Made by a program: the position numbers and the translations under genes. A stretch of DNA of 32,000 nucleotides, from NCBI RefSeq assembly GCF_008065095.1, contig NZ_CP042911.1, forward strand, positions 1,680,001 to 1,712,000. The letters are read 5' to 3'. This DNA is from Gemmata obscuriglobus. GTDB taxonomy: Bacteria; Planctomycetota; Planctomycetia; Gemmatales; Gemmataceae. The first letter of the stretch is position 1; each line of letters starts with the position of its first letter. The notes under the pieces are model-generated. The model was given only the letters and a program-made list of their open reading frames with translations. It did no database searches and was not told the DNA's origin. Of this stretch, positions 1-8,951 are shown in pieces.

Positions 1-1069
1 CGATCTCGAGCGCCTGTTCGCACGCGTTTCGCAGGCCGGTGGGGGCACCCGACCGGGCCAGGGCGGGCCGGGCCCAGTCGCACGCCCGCGCGCGGCGGAA
101 GGCCGTGTTCAAATCCGAGTCGGGGTAGAGGGCCGAGCCGGTGAGCAGGAAGTACAGCACCGCGCCCAACCCAAACACGTCCGTACGCGCCGTGACCTCG
201 CCGCCCTGCGCCTGTTCCGGGGACAGGTAGCCGGGCGTTCCGGCGGGACCGCCGGGTAACCCGTCTTCCCCGGCCCACGCCGGTCGGAACCACGCCACCC
301 CGAAGTCGAGCAGTTTCGCCCCGCCCTGGCCGTCGACCATGATGTTGGCCGGCTTCACGTCCTGGTGGACCACGCCCGACCGGTGGGCGTGGTCCAGTGC
401 CGCGGCCACGTCGGCCACCATCGCGGCGATTCGGGCCGGGTCGGGGCGGGTGTCCAGGGCGTACCGGCTCAGCGGGCGCCCCTGAACGTACTCCGTTACG
501 ATGAACGGGCGCCCCTCGCACTCGCCCTGGTCGTAGATCCGGACGATGTGCGGGTGCTCCAGCCCCTTGAGGAGCTCGCCCTGACGGGCGAACCGCGCCC
601 GCCAGTCCGACCGGGCCGTTCGCTCGGCCCGCATCCACTTCACCACGACCAGGCCGCGCCAATCCGGGTGGTAGCAGAGGTACACGTCCGCCTCGCCGCT
701 CGCCGCAAGGTGGCTGTTGACGGGGTATCGGCCGATTTGTGCCGGGAGCGTCCGTTCCGCCGGAGGTTCGAGGCCGCCGTCCGTCGCGCCGGCGGGGGGC
801 GGTCCGTCCGGGTCGGCCAGGCCCGGAAACCGGTTGAGGTACGAGTGAACGCTCGGCACGGTGAGCTGGTTGGCGACGTGCCGCTGGACGTCGATGGCGA
901 TGAGCTCCTGGATCACGGCGCGGGCGAGGTGCGGCGGCGCCCGCCCGACCAGTTCGGCGATCCGGTCCCAGTTCGCCGGCCGCCAGTCTCCGTCAAACAA
1001 TTCCGCGAGCCGGTGGACCGCGAGTGCGTCGGCGGACGCGGCCGGCGCGGTCGAGGCAGAGTCGGTCAT
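1..1069 (-). CDS. Ser/Thr protein kinase, 5' part (3' end runs off the window start)
   Basis: Reverse-strand translation from the ATG at 1069..1067 is open to position 1. It contains kinase motifs read directly from the sequence: 'VVVKW' (VAIK-like Lys), '[14 protein letters not shown]' (catalytic loop, about 332-376), 'DFGVAW' (DFG) and '[10 protein letters not shown]' (APE-like). It is absent from the ORF track because it has no in-window stop. Confidence 0.85.
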   Translation of the reverse strand, partial: MTDSASTAPAASADALAVHRLAELFDGDWRPANWDRIAELVGRAPPHLARAVIQELIAIDVQRHVANQLTVPSVHSYLNRFPGLADPDGPPPAGATDGGLEPPAERTLPAQIGRYPVNSHLAASGEADVYLCYHPDWRGLVVVKWMRAERTARSDWRARFARQGELLKGLEHPHIVRIYDQGECEGRPFIVTEYVQGRPLSRYALDTRPDPARIAAMVADVAAALDHAHRSGVVHQDVKPANIMVDGQGGAKLLDFGVAWFRPAWAGEDGLPGGPAGTPGYLSPEQAQGGEVTARTDVFGLGAVLYFLLTGSALYPDSDLNTAFRRARACDWARPALARSGAPTGLRNACEQALEI

Positions 1070-1206
1070 CGTTCCCCCTTAGAACAACGGAACCGCCGCC
1101 AACCGCTGGCGCGGAGCGCCGCCCGACACTATCTCCCGAAAATGAAGCACAGTCAGTATAATCGGGGTCACAGTCATATCCAACACTCAACCTTAGCAGA
1201 GCGCCC

Positions 1207-1797
1207 GTGCAAAACGATGGCTCGGTCACAGACCTGTTGCTGCAACTCCGCTCGGAGGCCCCGGCGGTCCGGGACCGGGCCGCGGGGGAACTGCTCCAGC
1301 GCTACACCCCGGAACTGCTCGCGCTGATCGCCGGCCGGACGCAACCGCGGCCCCGACAGCGGGCGGACACCGAGGATGTGCTGCTGAGCTTCTACAACCG
1401 CCTCCGGCGCGGCACGTTCGACCTGGCGAACCGGGACCAGTTCCTGCACCTTGTCGTGAGCGTCGCCCTGAACACGGTGCGTGCGGCCGAGGGGCGTGAG
1501 CGGCAGCGGCGCGACGTGCGCCGGGGGCAACCGCTCGACGCACCTGAGGAAGGCGGCCGGGGGGTGGACCGGCCGGCCCCGGACGTCACTGCGGAGGTGG
1601 TGACCGAGGTCGCCGAGGAGATCGAGCGGCGGCTGACCGGGCTGCTACCGGAGTGCCGGGAGGTGCTGGTGCTGCGGCTCGACGGCCGCACGACGGAGGA
1701 TATCGCCCGGACGATCGACCGCACCCCACGCACCGTGGAGCGCCGGATGGAGTTGGTGCGGACGCTGTGGCGCGACGACATCCTGGAACCGAATTAG
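1207..1797 (+). CDS. ECF-type RNA polymerase sigma factor (Sigma70_ECF / PF07638-like)
   Basis: 196-aa ORF with a GTG start. The N-terminus 'VTDLLLQLRSE...AAGELLQRYTPELLALIA' and the C-terminal region-4 HTH 'REVLVLRLDGRTTEDIARTIDRTPRTVERRMELVR' fit the ECF family. It is divergent from the kinase at 1..1069. Confidence 0.8.
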   Translation: MQNDGSVTDLLLQLRSEAPAVRDRAAGELLQRYTPELLALIAGRTQPRPRQRADTEDVLLSFYNRLRRGTFDLANRDQFLHLVVSVALNTVRAAEGRERQRRDVRRGQPLDAPEEGGRGVDRPAPDVTAEVVTEVAEEIERRLTGLLPECREVLVLRLDGRTTEDIARTIDRTPRTVERRMELVRTLWRDDILEPN

Positions 1798-1987
1798 GCG
1801 GCAGCTCGCTCGACCGCGGTTGCGGGTTACCCGTTGCGGCCACCGGTCGCACAGGCGCATGGCGGGAGCGGTGCCCGGCCGGTGCGACCCGTCTTCTCGC
1901 ACCGTGCTGCGCGACGGCCGATTCGTGATAGCACATCGCGGAAGAGTGTGGTCATGCGTCTCGCGGTGACAACGGGGCGCACGGCGG

Positions 1988-2392
1988 TCAGGGGGGGAAG
2001 GCGGCCACGAGCAGCGCAGCGCCCAGCAGCGCGAGCGCGACGAGAACGAGTACCGGCCCCCAGGCCATACCGGGCCGCGCGCCGGTCCCATTCGGGGCCA
2101 CCGGCTCGGCGGGCGGACCCGGAGGAACATCGACGGTGTCTCCCGCCAGAACGTCGGGCACGGTCGGCGCGTCCGGCGCCGGCGAATCGGTTCGGGCGGG
2201 CGTCGAATCTGGCACGGGCCAGCCCAGTTCGTCCCACAGCCGTGCCACCGCGTCGGCCGGGTCGGGCATGCCATGTTGGCGCCAGGCCGCGTGGTGGGCG
2301 AGCCGAACGAGTTCGGTCAACGGGTCGTCCGGCCCGAACGGGACCGCGGCGGGCGACCCGCCCGGGTCCTGCTGCGTCCGTGAATCGCTCAT
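1988..2392 (-). CDS. membrane-anchored hypothetical protein; possible anti-sigma factor
   Basis: 134-aa ORF with a 'gagggg' RBS upstream of the ATG. It starts 33 nt downstream of the ECF sigma gene on the same strand. The C-terminal hydrophobic segment is 'WGPVLVLVALALLGAALLVAAF'. There is no canonical HxxxCxxC motif, so the function is inferred from position only. Confidence 0.5.
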   Translation of the reverse strand: MSDSRTQQDPGGSPAAVPFGPDDPLTELVRLAHHAAWRQHGMPDPADAVARLWDELGWPVPDSTPARTDSPAPDAPTVPDVLAGDTVDVPPGPPAEPVAPNGTGARPGMAWGPVLVLVALALLGAALLVAAFPP

Positions 2393-2425
2393 GTCCGTAC
2401 CCCTCGGTTCTTGGAGTGACCGCCT

Positions 2426-3043
2426 TCACGCTCCGGGCCACGTGTCGCGATCCGGGGCCTTTGGGCGACCGACCCGTTCGGCCAGTCCCGGCTTCATCCC
2501 GTCCAGGAGTTCGACGAGGCGGGCCCGCGCCTTCCACGCCCGCCACCGCGCCGTCTCCTCGGTGGTCCCCAGTTGTTCGGCGATCGTCCGGAACGCGAGC
2601 CCCCGGATCGCCGACAGGACGAGCACCTCCCGCAGTTCGGCGCTCAGCTCCGCCAGGCACAGACGCAGGACGGCGACGTTCTCGTTCCGCTCGGCCACGT
2701 CGGGCGGTTCGGGTTCCGGGGCGGGCACCTCAACGAGTCGCCCCCCGCCGTCCGGCCCCCGGTCGCGGCGCCGCGACCGCGCGTCCCCGAGCCAGGTGCG
2801 CCGCGTCGCCTCTCGCAGCCACGCCACGAGCGCCGGGACGTCGCGCGCGGTGCGGTAGGGGCCGCGGCGGCAGAACACCGCGAACACCTCCTGCGTCAGG
2901 TCCGACGAGCGGTGCGGGTCCCCCGACAGCACCCGGAACCAGTCCCATACGATCCCGTACAGCCGCGTGACGAGCCCGTTCAGCGCGTCTCGGTCGTCGC
3001 GCCGCGCCCGCTCGAGCAGTTCGTTGATTGCCGGCGTGCCCAC
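2426..3043 (-). CDS. ECF sigma-70 family RNA polymerase sigma factor
   Basis: 205-aa ORF with a GTG start preceded by 'ggagggg'. Region 2-like 'DLTQEVFAVFCRRG' and region 4 'LREVLVLSAIRGLAFRTIAEQLGTTEETARWRAWKARARL' are present. Confidence 0.8.
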   Translation of the reverse strand: MGTPAINELLERARRDDRDALNGLVTRLYGIVWDWFRVLSGDPHRSSDLTQEVFAVFCRRGPYRTARDVPALVAWLREATRRTWLGDARSRRRDRGPDGGGRLVEVPAPEPEPPDVAERNENVAVLRLCLAELSAELREVLVLSAIRGLAFRTIAEQLGTTEETARWRAWKARARLVELLDGMKPGLAERVGRPKAPDRDTWPGA

Positions 3044-3633
3044 CGAAACCCCTCCGCGAGTGGCGACGGGTACTCATGTCACGACCCGCCCCGGCGTTGT
3101 CCCGTGGTCGCACGCCCGCCCCATGTGGGCGTCGTGCCAGCGGACGGGCGTCGGGCTTTCCTCAATCAATGGCGCGGCACGGACGGCCGTTGGCGCTTTT
3201 TCGCCGGTTCGGGCCGCTTGGCCCCGTGGCGCTCGTTTCGCCCAACGAGCCGGCGTCGAGCGCCATGGTCTGATAGTGATTCGCGGGGGCGCTCGTCCCC
3301 GCACCCAGCCTCCAGAGGTTCCCACATGACGGTTGCACACGACACCGGGGCTGGCGACCGAGCCGGTTGGTCGGCGGGCGCGGCCGACGCACCCGCGCTG
3401 GGCCGGTGGCTGGACGACGGCGGCCGCGACGCCAACGAGCCGAACGACGCCGGCGCACCCGGACGAGACACACGGGCGCATCCCGCGGGAGTGACCGGTG
3501 GCCGGGCACAAAACTGACACGCGGCTTGCCCCGCGCCGGTCGTTCGAGGAATTGTCCGCGCCCCCCGCGCCTAGTTCCGCAATCGGTTCTGACAGATCTA
3601 ACCGCCTGTTATGACCTGCTTCCTCAGGATTCC

Positions 3634-3655
3634 GCCCGCACCACGTGGCGCGGGC
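3634..3655. promoter_or_regulatory. 22-nt near-perfect palindrome about 30 nt upstream of the parB-like start; candidate operator or parS-like site
   Basis: GCCCGCACCACGTGGCGCGGGC matches its own reverse complement at 20 of 22 positions, around a central CCACGTGG. Confidence 0.35.
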
Positions 3656-3684
3656 CGATCCCCTTGTTTGCCCGGAGGCCCCAT

Positions 3685-4512
3685 ATGAGCGAAACACCTT
3701 CCTGCCAGACACGAATGATCGTGCTAATCGCCGTTGCCCTGCTGCTCCCGCACGAAGACAACCCGCGCAAGCTCGACCAGTTGACGCCGGCCGAGAAGGC
3801 CGAGCTCCTCGACCTCGGCACGTCCATGGTCCAGGACGGGCAGAAGCAGCCGATCCGTGTCGTGAAGCGCGAGGACGACCGGTACACGGTGATTTCGGGC
3901 CACCGCCGCCTGCTGGCCGCACGGCTGGTCGGCATGCAGTCCCTCTCGGCCATCGTCCTGGACGGGATGCCTACTCGGACCGAACTGCTCGTCGACCAGT
4001 TGATTGAGAACGAGCAGCGCCGCGGGTTCAGCGAGATCGACCGGTGCGAGGCATACCAGGCGCTCATCCGGGAGAACAACTGGACCGCCAAGCAACTGGC
4101 CGAGGCGGTCCACGTTAGCGAGAGCAGCGTCACCAAGACGCTCACCCTGAAGCGGCTCTGCCCAGAGCTCCAGGGCGCAGTCCGGACGGGCTTGCTGAGG
4201 GGTTCGTCGGCGTACCACATCGCGCGGGTTGGCAACCCCGACAAGCAGAAGGAACTGGCTGCGGCGGGCCTCTCGCGCGACGCCCTGGAGGTCGCTGTGA
4301 AAGGGCTCCTGAAGGGCCAGCCAAAGGGCCGAAAACCCGGGACCGCACCTGTCGGCACGGTGCTGGAGAAAACGGCCGCCGGACTGGAGAAGGTCAAAAC
4401 TTGGGCCCGCGAGCTGGCCACCGAGATCGAACGGCTCAGCAAGCTCAACCTCGATGCTGCGGTGGTCGCCGAGACGGTCGCCCGGCGGTTCGGCGCGACG
4501 GCGGAGGTGTAA
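3685..4512 (+). CDS. ParB/Srx N-terminal domain protein (ParB-like nuclease / partition family)
   Basis: An internal ATG of ORF 3367..4512 is preceded by 'ggagg'. 'PIRVVKREDDRYTVISGHRRLLAARLVG' matches the ParB box (GxRR..AA). An HTH-like segment 'WTAKQLAEAVHVSESSVTKTLTLKRL' follows. Confidence 0.8.
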   Translation: MSETPSCQTRMIVLIAVALLLPHEDNPRKLDQLTPAEKAELLDLGTSMVQDGQKQPIRVVKREDDRYTVISGHRRLLAARLVGMQSLSAIVLDGMPTRTELLVDQLIENEQRRGFSEIDRCEAYQALIRENNWTAKQLAEAVHVSESSVTKTLTLKRLCPELQGAVRTGLLRGSSAYHIARVGNPDKQKELAAAGLSRDALEVAVKGLLKGQPKGRKPGTAPVGTVLEKTAAGLEKVKTWARELATEIERLSKLNLDAAVVAETVARRFGATAEV

Positions 4513-4550
4513 CCCCGCGAGCCACCCCGACCCTTTTTGGAGACCCATAA

Positions 4551-6134
4551 ATGTCGTTGCACCCCTACGCTTTTGGACCGCCCGACCCGCCGCCGGTCCC
4601 GATACCCATGGCCACCGGCGCGGGTTCGGATGAGGCCAACCTGGCGGTCCTCGTGATCATGCTGTTCCTGCTCGTGGTCGCCTATTTCGGCCGCCGCCGG
4701 CTGTCCCGCACCGCCCACGGGACCGCGGCATGGATGACCGAACGTGAGCTCCGGCGCTGGGGCCTTTACGGCCGGCGGGGGCTCGTGATCGGACGATCAC
4801 AAGCCGGAAGACTACTAAGAAATACAATATACGTACATACGTTAATTATAGGTGGAACGGGCAGCGGCAAGGGGATCGGTCTCATCCTACCGATCCTGCT
4901 GGAGTACCGCCGCGGCTCCGTGGTCGTGTTCGACACCAAGGGCGACCTGTACCAGATCACCGCCCGCCGGCGCCGTAGGCTCGGTCCGGTGGCCCGGCTC
5001 AACCCGTTCGGGACCGGGGCGCGGTGGAACCCGCTCGACACCATCCCCCCGGGCGACCCGCTGCTGATCGACAACGTGCGGAGCATGGCCTGCGGTCTCG
5101 TGGTCGCGAGTGTGAAGGCCGTGGATCCCCACTGGGACGGGAAGGCCACGCAGCTGGTGGCCGCGGTCCTGACCTTGGTCGCGATCAAGTTCCCCGCTGA
5201 CAGCCGGAACCTGAACAGCGTCTACGAGACCATCTGCGATCCGGAGCTGCTCCGCTCCGCCGCCGAGGCGCTCCGCGCGATGGGAGGCTTTCCGGGCAGC
5301 CAGGGCGCGGCCCTGGGGAGCTTGTTCGATCGCGGGGGAACTCTCACCAAAGAAGGGACTGGGGTGGTCTCCACCGCTCTGCGGCACCTGGACTTCCTCG
5401 CCAGCCCGGCGGTCGCCGCCTCGGTGGCGGCCAGCGACATCGACCCGCGTGAGTTCTTGCGCGCGGGGGGCACGCTGTACCTGACGATCCCCGAGAGCCA
5501 GCTCGCCGCGCAACAGGGGCTGCTGAGGCTTTGGACCTCGACGCTGATGCGCATCCGCGGCGGCGCGGACGGCGAGTGCCTCATGCTGCTCGATGAGGCC
5601 AGCGCCCTGGGCGCGCTCCCGGCCCTTGAGGAGGCCCTTGTGCGCGGCCGGTCTTCGGGGTTGCGGTTACTGCTGGCCTATCAATCGTGTGCGCAGGTTC
5701 AGGCCGCTTTCCCGGAGAAACCGACGCTCATCTTCGACAACACCTCGGCCCACATCTACCTCGGGGCCGCGAGCCTCGAGACCGCGGAACGGATCTCCAA
5801 GAGCCTCGGCAACTTCACGCAGGCGGTCAGCTCCTACGCGGACAACTGGAGCCGGACCGACCCCCAGGACGGGGCGGGGAGCACCACCTGGGGCGGTTCG
5901 GAGAACACGTCCGTGCTGGGTCGCCCGCTGCTCTACCCGGACGAGGTGCTCCGGCTGCCCGTGGACCTGCTTATCGCGTTCGTGGCGGGGCTGCCGGGCC
6001 CGATCCTCGCACGACGGATCCAGTATTACGCTGATCGACATTACCGAAGGATCCTACGGCCGTGGCGGGGGCCGGTGATCGCGCTCCTCGTCGCTGCCCT
6101 GGTCGTTGCCGCGGCGGTGCTGGCCGCCCGGTAG
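4551..6134 (+). CDS. type IV secretion coupling protein, VirD4/TraG family
   Basis: 527 aa with an N-terminal TM 'LAVLVIMLFLLVVAYF'. Walker A context 'LIIGGTGSGKGIGLILPILLEYRRGSVVVFDTKGDLYQIT' and Walker B context 'LMLLDEASALGALPALEEALVRGRSSGLRLLLAYQSCAQV' both follow the VirD4/TraG pattern. Confidence 0.85.
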   Translation: MSLHPYAFGPPDPPPVPIPMATGAGSDEANLAVLVIMLFLLVVAYFGRRRLSRTAHGTAAWMTERELRRWGLYGRRGLVIGRSQAGRLLRNTIYVHTLIIGGTGSGKGIGLILPILLEYRRGSVVVFDTKGDLYQITARRRRRLGPVARLNPFGTGARWNPLDTIPPGDPLLIDNVRSMACGLVVASVKAVDPHWDGKATQLVAAVLTLVAIKFPADSRNLNSVYETICDPELLRSAAEALRAMGGFPGSQGAALGSLFDRGGTLTKEGTGVVSTALRHLDFLASPAVAASVAASDIDPREFLRAGGTLYLTIPESQLAAQQGLLRLWTSTLMRIRGGADGECLMLLDEASALGALPALEEALVRGRSSGLRLLLAYQSCAQVQAAFPEKPTLIFDNTSAHIYLGAASLETAERISKSLGNFTQAVSSYADNWSRTDPQDGAGSTTWGGSENTSVLGRPLLYPDEVLRLPVDLLIAFVAGLPGPILARRIQYYADRHYRRILRPWRGPVIALLVAALVVAAAVLAAR

Positions 6135-6206
6135 TCCGCCCGCGGTGCCGCGGGACGTCCCCGCGGCAAGATGGCCCGAGCCGCGCGGGCCGAACGGAGG
6201 TGTGTG

Positions 6207-6653
6207 ATGGGTGCGAAGGAAGTCCTGGACAAGATCCGGGACGAGGTGGCTCCGGTGAAACAGGCTCTGGGGCAGGTCCTGGAAAAGCTGGAGCCGACGA
6301 GGCAGTTTCTCGGGAAGGCGTGGGACGTGGCCCAACCGGCCTTTGACCATGGACGCAGTGAGGCGGCGGCCGCGCTGTTCAGCGGCAGTGCCTACGTGAT
6401 GTACCAGCGCTCGGCGCCCGGACCGGAGGACGCCAAGGGGTTGACCCCTGAGGGGGTTGCTCCCGAGGGACTCACTTTCGAGGGCATCGCTACCGAAGCG
6501 AACGCTCCTGAAGGCATCACCTCCGAAGGGATCGCCCAGCCCCTTGTGAGCCCGGAGAAACCCATGGGCATGGACGAGCTGCGGGCCCTGGCACGCGAAG
6601 CCAAGGCCGCGCGGGGCATGGAGCCGGAATGCGACAACGAGTTGGAGCTGTGA
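6207..6653 (+). CDS. hypothetical protein with xxxEG pentapeptide repeats
   Basis: ATG preceded by 'ggagg'. Coding-like composition. Repeats read 'LTPEG VAPEG LTFEG IATEA NAPEG ITSEG'. Confidence 0.55.
   Translation: MGAKEVLDKIRDEVAPVKQALGQVLEKLEPTRQFLGKAWDVAQPAFDHGRSEAAAALFSGSAYVMYQRSAPGPEDAKGLTPEGVAPEGLTFEGIATEANAPEGITSEGIAQPLVSPEKPMGMDELRALAREAKAARGMEPECDNELEL
6441..6536 (+). repeat. 15-nt periodic coding repeat (xxxEG, about six units)
   Basis: Read directly from the translation of 6207..6653. Confidence 0.6.
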
Positions 6654-6734
6654 GCCGAGCCGCGGGGGCGTTCCCGCCCCCGCGCTGATTCGTTCACTGA
6701 GGGATCTGTCCCTTTCACCCGAGCGAGATGAGTC

Positions 6735-7676
6735 ATGAGTAGTGGGAAGCAAAGCCACTGGCTGAGCACGGCCTTCGGCGGCGCACTGCTGGCCGCAATG
6801 TTGGGCATGGCCGTCGGCGTGTATCTGGAGTTCTTCACCCCGCAGAAGCGCCAGGTCCGGGCCTGCCTGCGCGAGGCCGATGAGAAGTGCGAGGCGGCTA
6901 TCGAGCCGCGACTGCGGTCGGTGTCCGAAGTCCTCGCCAAGGGGCGCAAAGGGGCCAAGCCGTTCGCCGAAGACGCCCTGTCGATGCGCGGCAAATGGAA
7001 CGCGCTGGTGGGACTGTTCGACGGACGGTCGCATAAGGAGTACGTGACCGACGCGTTCACCCGGCACGTGTTCAGCTCGGACGAGCTGCGGGCCGCCATC
7101 GAGGGCGCGGTGCGCGGGTACCTGCTGGACATCGAGGGGATCGAGGCCGAGATGCTGGTGCGGCTCCGGGCGGACCTGGCGACGGGCGGGGCGGGGTTGC
7201 CGCACCTGGGCACCGACGAGGCCTTCGCCCAGGAGTACCAGCGGCTGTTGACGGCGGTAGCGACCGACCTCCAGACCGATCTGGGCCTGGACGTGGCCCG
7301 GTTGGTGGCCGGGGAGGTGGTGTCGAGGGTCGCCTCGCAGGCGCTCACCGCGGCCGCCACGCAAATGGGGATCAGCCTGACCGTGATGGGGAGCTCGACG
7401 GCCGCCACGCTGGGCGTCGGGGCGGTCGTGGGGATCATCGCCGACTACATCGTCGGGCTGGTGCTGGAGGCGCTCGGGTACGACGCGGCGGGCGAGGTGC
7501 AGAACCGCGTGGAGGCGTCACTGAATAAGGTGCAGACGGCCCTGCTTCAGGAACACAGCTTCCTCCCGTGGGAGAAGACGGGCACGCTGCGGGTGCGGCT
7601 GCAGCAGTTGCACGAGAGCCGGTCGCAGGTGCGGCGGGCGGCGGTTTACGAGTACCTGAAAGGGGGCGACAAGTGA
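6735..7676 (+). CDS. hypothetical membrane protein
   Basis: 313-aa ORF with an N-terminal TM 'WLSTAFGGALLAAMLGMAVGVYLEFF' and a later hydrophobic stretch 'ATLGVGAVVGIIADYIVGLVLEAL'. Its stop overlaps the next start (GTGA). Confidence 0.6.
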   Translation: MSSGKQSHWLSTAFGGALLAAMLGMAVGVYLEFFTPQKRQVRACLREADEKCEAAIEPRLRSVSEVLAKGRKGAKPFAEDALSMRGKWNALVGLFDGRSHKEYVTDAFTRHVFSSDELRAAIEGAVRGYLLDIEGIEAEMLVRLRADLATGGAGLPHLGTDEAFAQEYQRLLTAVATDLQTDLGLDVARLVAGEVVSRVASQALTAAATQMGISLTVMGSSTAATLGVGAVVGIIADYIVGLVLEALGYDAAGEVQNRVEASLNKVQTALLQEHSFLPWEKTGTLRVRLQQLHESRSQVRRAAVYEYLKGGDK

Positions 7677-8533
7677 AAGCGCTATTCGGAACGCTGATCG
7701 CTCTGGCGCTCGTGCCCGGGACGGGGCTCGCGCAGGGACGCGCGAAGGCGATACAGGAGGTGGCCGAACTGTTGGTCGCCCGCGGCGGGACGGCCGGGCG
7801 AAGCGTGCCGCACCTGGCCGGGAGGATCGAGGCCCTGGCGGCCCGACACGGGGACGAGGCGCTCGTCGCGCTCCGCCGGGGGGGCCCGGAAGGCGTCGCG
7901 CTCGTGGAGGCGGCCGGCCCGAACGGTGCCAAAGCCCTTCGGGTGCTCGCCGCGCACGGTGAGGAGGGGGCCGCGCGGGTGCTCTCCCGCCCCACGTCCA
8001 TGAAGCAGTTCCTGCAGCACGGGGACGAGGCCGCGTCGGTGCTAGTGCGGCACCCGGGGGTGGCCGAGCCGCTGATCGAAAGCGGCGGGGCGCACGCGGT
8101 GCGCGCCCTCGGAGCGGTCACCCCGCAAAACGGGCGGCGGGTGGCGATGCTCCTGAACGGTGAGCTGGCGGCGGGCGCCGCCCGGCACCCGGAGGTGCTC
8201 GGGGTGGTCGCCAAGCACGGGGATTCGGCCGTCGAGTTCCTGTGGCGTAACAAGGCCACGCTGGCCGGCGGGGCGGCGCTTACGGCGTTCCTGGCCGATC
8301 CCGAGCCGTTCCTCAGCGGGACCCGCGATCTCGCCGCGGTGGCCGGAGACTCGGTGGTCAAACCGGTGCTCGGCGGGGTGTTCACGCTGCTGAACGTCGC
8401 GCTGGTCGTGCTCGGGGTCGTGCTCCTGGCGGCGATCGGGCTGGTGTGCAAGTACGGGCTCCCGAGCGGGGAGGTCGTGCGCGCCGCGGTGGCCGTCCTC
8501 GGCCCCAAGCACCCGCCCCAACAGGGGGCGTAA
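7673..8533 (+). CDS. secreted or membrane-anchored helical-repeat protein (hypothetical)
   Basis: GTG start overlaps the upstream stop and is preceded by 'aggggg'. Signal-like 'KALFGTLIALALVPGTGLAQG'. The repeated motif 'HG[DE][ES]A..' occurs at least four times. C-terminal TM 'VFTLLNVALVVLGVVLLAAIGLV'. Confidence 0.55.
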   Translation: MKALFGTLIALALVPGTGLAQGRAKAIQEVAELLVARGGTAGRSVPHLAGRIEALAARHGDEALVALRRGGPEGVALVEAAGPNGAKALRVLAAHGEEGAARVLSRPTSMKQFLQHGDEAASVLVRHPGVAEPLIESGGAHAVRALGAVTPQNGRRVAMLLNGELAAGAARHPEVLGVVAKHGDSAVEFLWRNKATLAGGAALTAFLADPEPFLSGTRDLAAVAGDSVVKPVLGGVFTLLNVALVVLGVVLLAAIGLVCKYGLPSGEVVRAAVAVLGPKHPPQQGA

Positions 8534-8721
8534 TGAACGAGAGCCTGACCGAGGACGTGTGCGCCGCGAGCGCGGCGTACTGTCTCAACTGTGTGCTGCC
8601 GCGCCTCAATGCGCTGACGCCGAGCGAGCAGTTTGAACGGCTGAAGGCGTGCTTCGAGGCCGCCCTGGCCGCGTACCGGGACGGGGTACGCGGGTGGGTT
8701 TACGAACCGTCCGACAACTGA
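8533..8721 (+). CDS. small hypothetical protein (62 aa)
   Basis: Its ATG overlaps the upstream TAA (taATG), suggesting translational coupling. Same strand as the rest of the block. Confidence 0.45.
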   Translation: MNESLTEDVCAASAAYCLNCVLPRLNALTPSEQFERLKACFEAALAAYRDGVRGWVYEPSDN

Positions 8722-8727
8722 GGGGTT

Positions 8728-8907
8728 ATGGACATCATTGAAGGATGTTGGCTGTTCCTGTCGGTCATGGCACTGGTCTTCGTCTCCGCGTTCGTGCACG
8801 GGCAGCAGCTCCGGTGGCGGGTCGACCGCTACCGGCTGCGCTGGTGGCGCCACTACGACCGGGAGGAGCGGTTGCGGCGCACGGCGGCGAGTGTTTGGCA
8901 AAAGTAA
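8728..8907 (+). CDS. small membrane protein (59 aa, below the ORF-track cutoff)
   Basis: Own translation: MDIIEGCWLFLSVMALVFVSAFVHGQQLRWRVDRYRLRWWRHYDREERLRRTAASVWQK. A 'gagggg' RBS lies upstream. One clear TM followed by a basic tail. Confidence 0.45.
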   Translation: MDIIEGCWLFLSVMALVFVSAFVHGQQLRWRVDRYRLRWWRHYDREERLRRTAASVWQK

Positions 8908-8951
8908 TCGCACCGGGGCTACGGACGGCCCCTACTTTTGGGGAGCGTGAC

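Noticed and set aside
365-1327. 320-aa forward ORF
   Set aside because: It overlaps the reverse-strand kinase, which has unmistakable catalytic motifs, and also runs through the intergenic region into the sigma gene. It is a shadow ORF.
3326-3517. Possible 63-aa ORF (MTVAHDTGAGDRAGW...) in the long gap upstream of parB
   Set aside because: It has a weak RBS, a low-complexity Ala/Gly/Asp-rich product and no motif. It is the tail of a much longer shadow ORF, so the evidence is not enough to call it.
6054-7438. Two long reverse-strand ORFs (436 aa and 348 aa)
   Set aside because: They are antisense to the forward gene series 6207..7676 and have no motifs. The forward genes have RBSs and coupling overlaps.
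7435-8913. 492-aa reverse-strand ORF
   Set aside because: It is antisense to four well-supported forward genes. Its product is an Arg/Pro/Ala/Ser-rich low-complexity sequence typical of shadow ORFs in high-GC DNA.
8738-8950. 70-aa forward ORF from the track
   Set aside because: Its product is Gly/Ser/Thr/Cys/Arg-rich and has no RBS. The overlapping 59-aa frame at 8728..8907 has an RBS and a clean TM helix and was preferred.
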